From positions 49,556-113,555 of the forward strand of contig JAHELJ010000001.1 of the NCBI GenBank assembly GCA_024644235.1: DNA of 64,000 nt. Direction: 5' to 3'. Positions within the stretch are counted from its first letter, which is position 1. The number at the start of each line of letters is the position of its first letter. Position numbers and translations under genes: made by a program. Positions 57,673-64,000 of this stretch are shown in pieces. The stretch is from Lewinellaceae bacterium. GTDB lineage: Bacteria; Bacteroidota; Bacteroidia; Chitinophagales; Saprospiraceae. The notes below the pieces were generated by a model that saw nothing but the letters and a program-made list of their open reading frames with translations, ran no database searches and had not been told where the DNA came from.

Positions 57673-59802
57673 ATGCAACAACCTAAACGTTATACGGTAA
57701 CATCTGCTTTGCCTTATGCGAACGGACCTCTCCACATCGGTCATCTCGCCGGAGCTTACTTGTCTGCAGATGCTTATGTGCGTTTTTTGAGATTATCAGG
57801 TAAAGACGTGGTGTATATCTGTGGCTCGGATGAGAACGGAGCTGCCATTACCATCCGGGCAATGAAGGAAGGTATAACTCCTCAGCAACTGGTGGACCGC
57901 TACCACAAAATGATAGAAGATGCCATGCAGGATATGGGCATATCATTCGACTTCTATCACCGGACGAGTGATCCTCTACATCATGAAACCAGTCAGGACT
58001 TCTTTCAAGTGCTGTATGATAAGGGTGATTTCGAAGAGATTGAAACCGAACAATACTTCGATGAACAAGCGCAATTGTTTCTGGCAGATAGATATATCCA
58101 GGGCACTTGTCCCAAATGCGGATACGAAGAGGCTTATGGCGATCAATGCGAGAAATGCGGATCAACCCTTAGCCCAGCAGAGTTGATCAATCCCAAATCA
58201 ACTTTGAGTGGAGCTGCTCCGGTGCTTCGAAAGACTAAGCACTGGTATCTTCCACTCGACAAGCACGAAGAATGGCTTAAGAAATGGATCACAACAGGAA
58301 AGTTGGACTCCACGAAATTACATGATCCGAAAGATTGGAAGAAGCATGTCATCGGACAATGTAAGTCGTGGCTTGATTCGGGGTTGCAGCCTCGGGCGAT
58401 CACCCGCGACCTTGATTGGGGAGTCGACGTTCCACAACACATCGAAGGAGCGAAAGGAAAGAAGCTATACGTATGGCTAGATGCGCCTATTGGATATATT
58501 TCTTCGACCAAAGCCTGGGCAAAGGAGTCCGGCAAACAATGGGAAGAATATTGGAAGGATCCGGAATCATGCTTGTTGCACTTCATTGGTAAGGACAATA
58601 TCGTTTTCCATTGTCTAATCTTTCCCGCCATTCTGAAAGCCTACGGCGGATTTGTACTACCCGCGAATGTTCCTGCAAATCAATTTATGAACTTGGAAGG
58701 CCGGAAGGTTTCAACTTCCAAAGGATGGGCTGTTTGGATCCATGAGTATCTCAAAGACTTTCCTGAAAGGCAGGATGAGCTGAGATACTATTGTTACAAG
58801 ATTATGCCGGAGCAAAGAGACAGTGAGTTTACCTGGAAGGGGTTTCAAGAGGCAAATAATAATGAGCTGGTCAACAACCTCGGCAACTTTATCAATAGGG
58901 TTTTGGTGTTGTCTAGCAAATACTATGGAGGGCTAGTACCCGCATTTGACGAGAGTATATCGATAAACTCACCCCAGGAAAGCGGGATGCCCAGTTGGCA
59001 TGACTCCGAATTGCTTGATCTCTTTGATCGCCTTCATGAATTCAGACAAAATATCAAGGCATTTGACTTCAGATCAGCGCTTACTACACTGATGGAGGTA
59101 TCCTCAGTCGGTAATCAGATTCTGGCCCTAAATGAACCTTGGAAAAAGCAAAAAGAAGACCCGGATACTGTAAAAGTGGTCATGAACCTTTGTTTGCAGT
59201 ATGTGGGAGCATTAGCCATATCATGTCGACCATTTCTGCCATTCACCAGCACAAAAATCCGGACTATGCTGGGTCAGGATCCTTTTACCGATCAGGATGA
59301 ATTTGTAGAATTGATGAATAATTTGTCTGAGGGGAATCACCTACTTGCTCCAGGTCATAAACTGGGCAAAGCAGACCATCTATTTACCCGCATTGGTGAT
59401 GAAGAGATTCAGGCCCAGATTGATAAGTTGCATGCCACAGATCAAACACAAGAGGTGGAAAGTGCTGAAGTGAAGCAAGAGATCACTTATCAAGATTTTG
59501 AGAAATTGGACCTGCGTACCGGGGTTATCCTTGAGGCTCGAAAGGTACCGAAAGCAGATAAACTGTTGGAGCTAGTGATTGATCTGGGTGAGGAAAAGCG
59601 AACCGTGGTTTCAGGTATCGCTCAGTCTTATAAAGCCGAAGATATTGTTGGTCAGGAGATCGTGCTGGTAGCAAATCTGGCTCCTCGAAAGATCAGGGGA
59701 GTTAAGTCGCAAGGCATGATCCTCATGGCAGAGAATGGAAATGGTAAGTTGGGATTCGTAAGCCCTCCAGTAGGTTGGGGGAAAGGCGATAAAGTAAGAT
59801 GA
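57673..59802 (+). CDS. metG: methionine--tRNA ligase with C-terminal EMAP/Trbp111-like tRNA-binding domain
   Basis: PYANGPLHIGHLAG (HIGH), Zn knuckle CPKCG...CEKCG, KVSTSKG (KMSKS), C-terminal OB domain (LDLRTGVILEARKVPKADKLL); 709 aa. Confidence 0.9.
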   Translation: MQQPKRYTVTSALPYANGPLHIGHLAGAYLSADAYVRFLRLSGKDVVYICGSDENGAAITIRAMKEGITPQQLVDRYHKMIEDAMQDMGISFDFYHRTSDPLHHETSQDFFQVLYDKGDFEEIETEQYFDEQAQLFLADRYIQGTCPKCGYEEAYGDQCEKCGSTLSPAELINPKSTLSGAAPVLRKTKHWYLPLDKHEEWLKKWITTGKLDSTKLHDPKDWKKHVIGQCKSWLDSGLQPRAITRDLDWGVDVPQHIEGAKGKKLYVWLDAPIGYISSTKAWAKESGKQWEEYWKDPESCLLHFIGKDNIVFHCLIFPAILKAYGGFVLPANVPANQFMNLEGRKVSTSKGWAVWIHEYLKDFPERQDELRYYCYKIMPEQRDSEFTWKGFQEANNNELVNNLGNFINRVLVLSSKYYGGLVPAFDESISINSPQESGMPSWHDSELLDLFDRLHEFRQNIKAFDFRSALTTLMEVSSVGNQILALNEPWKKQKEDPDTVKVVMNLCLQYVGALAISCRPFLPFTSTKIRTMLGQDPFTDQDEFVELMNNLSEGNHLLAPGHKLGKADHLFTRIGDEEIQAQIDKLHATDQTQEVESAEVKQEITYQDFEKLDLRTGVILEARKVPKADKLLELVIDLGEEKRTVVSGIAQSYKAEDIVGQEIVLVANLAPRKIRGVKSQGMILMAENGNGKLGFVSPPVGWGKGDKVR

Positions 59803-61556
59803 AAGCCCGATGGTGGTATGTCTTTACGAGTGTGGCGATTCTCGTATTTGGCCTGTCCACCTATCTTCTAATTGAGCGAAATACTTCTCAAGAACTCTGG
59901 GGTCATCTTCCCTTGTTCCAGTTTTCAGCATTTTGGATAGGGATTATATCTGTTTTGTGCAGGAAATGGAAACCTAGCGAAACCCGCACAAAGCACCTGG
60001 CCCTTTCTATACTTTCAGCAGCTCTGCTAAGCTTGGGATTTCCACCTTTTCCGACCCCCATCTTATTATTTGCCGGTTTTGTGCCTCTACTGTTCATTTT
60101 AGATGAACATAGAAAGAAAGGATTGTCCTCTCTTGGATCTATCTTTTTCTTCAGCTTCAATACTTTTTTGCTATGGAATATCTGGACTACCTATTGGGTG
60201 GCCAATACTGCCTATGCGGCTGGGATTTTTGCCAACGTAGTGAACTCCCTGCTAATGACGATTCCCGTACTCCTGTACTATTTTGTGATCAGGAGGCTTG
60301 GGCAGAATGTAGGGTTGGTTGCACTCGCCACCTTATGGATCAGCTTTGAGTTCCTGCATATGCGTTGGGAGTTGTACTGGCCCTGGTTGACACTGGGTAA
60401 TGGTCTTTCAACTCTACCGGGAGGCATCCAATGGTACGAGTTTAGCGGAGCCCTAGGTGGTTCTTTGTGGATTCTGATTATCAATTACCTCCTTTTTTCA
60501 TATCTGCAATCGCCTCGGGAGAAACTAAGCAGTAGCCTCCCCGTTTTCTTGTGGCTGATTGTACCCATAATGATTTCGCAGTGGATCGGTTGGCGATCAG
60601 AGATGAATGGTAATCCAGTCAACGTGGTCATAGTCCAGCCAAATTTTGAGCCACACTACGAAAAATTTCATGTTCCTGAAGAAGCTTTGTTAAAACGATT
60701 CGTCAGCCTGGCGGAGACTGAGGTGGATGATGAGACAGATTATCTGATCTTTCCTGAAACGAGTTTCAACCGGATGGACATGGACAGGATAGCAGATCAC
60801 GAGGCGATTCTTCAGCTACGTGCTTTCCAAGATCGATATTCCAATCTCAAGATTGTCACCGGAATTGCTGGATACCGCTGGTTGACTGATCCGGATGAGC
60901 AGCAATTACCAACCACGAGAATACTTACCGATAGCTATGGACAACCGGCATTTGTTGAAACATACAATTGTGCTGTACAAATCAGTCCTGATGGGACCAT
61001 TTCGGAGTACTATAAAGCACTCTTTGTGCCAGGTGCAGAGTTCTTTCCATTTCGGAAGATCTTGTTTTTCTTCAAGCCATTGGTCGATAAGTTGGGAGGC
61101 ACTATAGCAGGCTATCGCACCAGGACTGAATTTGCTGTATTTGAATCAGATTCGGTTGTTGCTGCACCTGCCATATGTTATGAATCAATTTTTGGTGAGT
61201 TTATGAGCAGGTTCATCGGGAAGGATGCCAATGTCATCTTTGTGATGACTAATGATGGTTGGTGGGACAATACGGCAGGCCACCGCCAACACGCACTGTT
61301 TGGCAGGTTAAGGGCAATCGAATTGAGAAGGCAAATAGCGCGAGCTGCTAATATGGGCACTTGCAGTTTTATAGATGAAAAAGGGGGTATCCACGAACCC
61401 ACCCAATATGGGGTGGCCCAGGCGGTAAGCGGTACGATCTTTACCAATGATAAAGTGACATTTTACGCCCGGTGGGGAGACTTTATTGGTCGTCTTTCTT
61501 TGTTTATTTCTGTCCTCTTAATCTTAAGATCGGTAATGACTCGATTCGTTAAGTAG
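59799..61556 (+). CDS. lnt: apolipoprotein N-acyltransferase
   Basis: Eight-TM N-terminal domain plus CN-hydrolase domain with E/K/C triad (FPETSF, CYESIF); start overlaps the metG stop; 585 aa. Confidence 0.85.
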   Translation: MKARWWYVFTSVAILVFGLSTYLLIERNTSQELWGHLPLFQFSAFWIGIISVLCRKWKPSETRTKHLALSILSAALLSLGFPPFPTPILLFAGFVPLLFILDEHRKKGLSSLGSIFFFSFNTFLLWNIWTTYWVANTAYAAGIFANVVNSLLMTIPVLLYYFVIRRLGQNVGLVALATLWISFEFLHMRWELYWPWLTLGNGLSTLPGGIQWYEFSGALGGSLWILIINYLLFSYLQSPREKLSSSLPVFLWLIVPIMISQWIGWRSEMNGNPVNVVIVQPNFEPHYEKFHVPEEALLKRFVSLAETEVDDETDYLIFPETSFNRMDMDRIADHEAILQLRAFQDRYSNLKIVTGIAGYRWLTDPDEQQLPTTRILTDSYGQPAFVETYNCAVQISPDGTISEYYKALFVPGAEFFPFRKILFFFKPLVDKLGGTIAGYRTRTEFAVFESDSVVAAPAICYESIFGEFMSRFIGKDANVIFVMTNDGWWDNTAGHRQHALFGRLRAIELRRQIARAANMGTCSFIDEKGGIHEPTQYGVAQAVSGTIFTNDKVTFYARWGDFIGRLSLFISVLLILRSVMTRFVK

Positions 61557-61635
61557 CTCACAGTACCTCCGCTTGGTAGCATCCGGTTAGCCGCTCTATT
61601 TTTCTTAATTTCCCGAAGTTCAATAATCCCTTTTC

Positions 61636-63246
61636 ATGCGGAATGAATTTGTAGCTTTTTCCTTGTTGTCCAGTCTGCTGGTTGGGGGTATTGCCTACTT
61701 CCTCTGGCCACCGCTCTGGTGGCTCTTTATTATCCTGGCGCCTATTATCCTCATAGGATTCTACGACATGTTGCAAAGCAAACATGCCATCATGCGAAAT
61801 TTTCCCGTACTGGGAAGAGGCAGATATATTATGGAAGAGTTGAGGCCAAAGATCTATCAGTATTTTATCGAGTCCGATACCAATGGTACCCCGATAAACC
61901 GCATAAATCGAGTTGTGGTTTACCAGAGAGCTAAGCAGCAGTTAGATACAACCCCCTTTGGAACGCAGTTGGATGTCTATGCCGAAGGTTATGAATGGCT
62001 GAATCACAGCATTGGATCATTAGATCCTCACAATCTAAATCCTCATCCGAAGATCAAGATCGGTGGCCCTGATTGCCGCCAGCCTTACGAATCAAGTCTT
62101 CTCAACGTATCGGCAATGAGTTTTGGTTCGTTAAGCAAAAATGCCATCCTTGCCTTAAACGGAGGAGCAAAGATTGGAGGATTTGCCCAGAATACAGGAG
62201 AGGGTGGTATCAGCAGGTATCATCTTGAGCATGGAGGTGACCTGATTTTTCAGTTTGGCACTGGATATTTCGGGTGCCGCGATGAGCATGGACGTTTCTC
62301 AGCTGATGCATTTCAACAGCTGGTAGAAGATGATCGGGTCAGGATGGTGGAGTTGAAACTTTCGCAAGGAGCCAAGCCCGGACATGGCGGCATTTTACCG
62401 GCGCATAAAAACACAAAAGAGATTGCCGAGATCCGCAGGCTTAAACCGGGCACTGCAGTATTATCGCCACCATTTCATACCGCCTTCTCAACACCCATCG
62501 GTCTTCTGGAATTCATCCAGGAACTTAGGAAACTTTCAGCTGGAAAACCGGTAGGATTTAAATTATGTGTTGGGTGGAAGTATGAGTTCTTCGCCATCTG
62601 CAAGGCTATGTTGCAGACAGGGATCTTGCCTGATTTTATTTCAGTTGATGGAGGAGAGGGAGGTACCGGGGCAGCTCCTTTGGAATTTTCGAATTCAGTG
62701 GGAATGCCTTACCGCGAGGCTGTTGCCTTTATTGAGGATGCTCTGATTGGCTTTGAGCTTAGAGATCAGATCAAGATTCTGGCTTCAGGAAAGATCATCA
62801 CTGGATTTGATATGTTCAAATCACTGGCTCTCGGGGCCGATGCATGCTCTGGTGCCCGGGCAATGATGCTGGCATTGGGCTGTATACAGGCCATGGAATG
62901 TAATCAAAACACTTGCCCTACGGGGGTTGCCACGCAAGACCCTGACTTGGTTTTAGGACTGGTTGTTGGAGATAAGAAAATTCGGGTGGCCAATTACCAC
63001 CGGGAGACTATGAAAAGCTTTGTGGAGTTACTTGCTGCATCTGGTCTGGGGGACCCAAGTATCATTGATCGAAATGCCGTGTATAGGCGGATTAATCCCA
63101 ACGAAATAAAAACCTTTGCTGAAGTCTTTCCCTATATAGGGAGAGGTAGCCTGCTTCATGAAGACAGTGTACCAGAGCGATTTGATAAAGCTATGGCATT
63201 GGCTGATCCCTCTACCTTTAGACCCCGTTTCATTGAAGTGATCTGA
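61636..63246 (+). CDS. FMN-binding glutamate-synthase-domain-2-like oxidoreductase (GltS-related) with N-terminal membrane anchor
   Basis: Two N-terminal TM helices; GltS FMN/TIM-barrel motifs (ISVDGGEGGTGAAP, CPTGVATQDP with a 4Fe-4S-like Cys cluster); 536 aa. Confidence 0.7.
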   Translation: MRNEFVAFSLLSSLLVGGIAYFLWPPLWWLFIILAPIILIGFYDMLQSKHAIMRNFPVLGRGRYIMEELRPKIYQYFIESDTNGTPINRINRVVVYQRAKQQLDTTPFGTQLDVYAEGYEWLNHSIGSLDPHNLNPHPKIKIGGPDCRQPYESSLLNVSAMSFGSLSKNAILALNGGAKIGGFAQNTGEGGISRYHLEHGGDLIFQFGTGYFGCRDEHGRFSADAFQQLVEDDRVRMVELKLSQGAKPGHGGILPAHKNTKEIAEIRRLKPGTAVLSPPFHTAFSTPIGLLEFIQELRKLSAGKPVGFKLCVGWKYEFFAICKAMLQTGILPDFISVDGGEGGTGAAPLEFSNSVGMPYREAVAFIEDALIGFELRDQIKILASGKIITGFDMFKSLALGADACSGARAMMLALGCIQAMECNQNTCPTGVATQDPDLVLGLVVGDKKIRVANYHRETMKSFVELLAASGLGDPSIIDRNAVYRRINPNEIKTFAEVFPYIGRGSLLHEDSVPERFDKAMALADPSTFRPRFIEVI

Positions 63247-63247
63247 C

Positions 63248-64000
63248 ATGAAGTATATATATCTCTTATTTCTTTTCCTTTTTATTGGTTGTAAAACCGA
63301 CAAAGAACCTATTGCTGATTTAATTATCCACAATGGTCAAATTGCCACTAAGGACAGCAATGAATCGATGGTTAAGGCATTGGCGGTGGCAGATGGCAAA
63401 GTGATTGCCAGGGGGACAGATGAAGAAATTCTTGAGATGAGGAATAAGACCACTCATGTGATCAATGCCAATCAGAATTTCGTCATGCCTGGTTTCATTG
63501 AAAGTCATGGTCATTTTTCGGGTCTGGGATCAAGTCTTCAAAATCTCAATTTTCTGCGGTCACGCTCTTGGGAAGAGATCGTAGCAATGGTGGGCGAAAA
63601 GGTGCTGGAAAGTGAAAAAGGTGAATGGATCATTGGCCGTGGTTGGCATCAGGAGAAATGGGTGAGAGTGCCGGAGGAGCATATACATGGCTATCCTTTT
63701 CATGATGAACTCAGCGAAATTTCTCCAGACAATCCTGTGCTTTTGTTTCATGCCAGTGGCCACGCAGCTTTTGCCAATAAGGCGGCAATGGACATAGCAG
63801 GCGTAAATCGAGAAACTCCCAACCCGGCCGGTGGCGAGATCGTAAGAGACCCTCAGGGGAATGCCATCGGAGTCTTTGAAGAACGTGCTCAGAACGTAAT
63901 CAGAAGGGCTTATCAGGAGTTTTTGGAAGGACTTTCCGAAGAAGAAAAAATGGATAGGTGGTACGATGGCATCGATTTGGCTACTCAGGAATGTTTAAAG
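63248..64000 (+). CDS. amidohydrolase-family (YtcJ/Amidohydro_3-like) metal-dependent hydrolase lipoprotein, 5' part (runs off the window)
   Basis: Not in the ORF track because no stop lies within the window. Lipobox LFIGC, then IHNGQIAT...AVADGKVIARG...FIESHGHF, the hallmark N-terminus of Amidohydro_3 enzymes. Partial, 251 codons. Confidence 0.6.
   Translation, partial: MKYIYLLFLFLFIGCKTDKEPIADLIIHNGQIATKDSNESMVKALAVADGKVIARGTDEEILEMRNKTTHVINANQNFVMPGFIESHGHFSGLGSSLQNLNFLRSRSWEEIVAMVGEKVLESEKGEWIIGRGWHQEKWVRVPEEHIHGYPFHDELSEISPDNPVLLFHASGHAAFANKAAMDIAGVNRETPNPAGGEIVRDPQGNAIGVFEERAQNVIRRAYQEFLEGLSEEEKMDRWYDGIDLATQECLK

Overview
This 64 kb window is a dense, two-stranded chromosomal segment that looks like a Bacteroidota genome. 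The taxonomic guess rests on four things: T9SS components (a PorP/SprF–PorE-like pair and a CTD cargo protein), a Bacteroidetes-type TAnnTTTG −7 promoter box upstream of rplY, a complete Na+-NQR operon, and lipoprotein/SPOR/OmpA envelope content. I call about 54 protein-coding genes. I found no rRNA or tRNA genes, no CRISPR array, and no transposase, integrase or phage genes.

The content falls into four groups:
- Housekeeping genes: valS, metG, prs, adk, obg, lon, parE, murB, metF, rplY (ctc), lnt, and an MsbA-like ABC exporter.
- An LPS/polysaccharide block at about 20.2–28.2 kb: heptose-7-P kinase, Kdo transferase, an uncharacterised OM protein, UDP-glucuronate decarboxylase, rfbB, and a 915-aa multi-SLBB export protein.
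- pnuC followed by nqrABCDEF at about 50.4–57.4 kb.
- A flotillin–NfeD pair, and T9SS parts (PorP/SprF next to a PorE-like TPR/β-propeller/CRD/OmpA protein that carries an extra DUF1573-like tail).

The least conventional part is an envelope island at about 10.0–15.2 kb. It holds a tight three-gene operon of exported proteins: an OmpA-domain coiled-coil lipoprotein, a Cys-motif lipoprotein, and a signal-peptide YciI-like protein. Next to it sits a lipoprotein that aligns to family-I inorganic pyrophosphatase along its whole length but has lost most catalytic residues, so I read it as a putative pseudoenzyme. That lipoprotein is co-operonic with a FemAB/GNAT-like protein. An ECF sigma / anti-sigma pair flanks the island.

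Several gene starts are non-ATG or ambiguous (pnuC, nqrA, uxs, lptD-like). All family assignments are from reading motifs by eye in the translations; no database search was possible.
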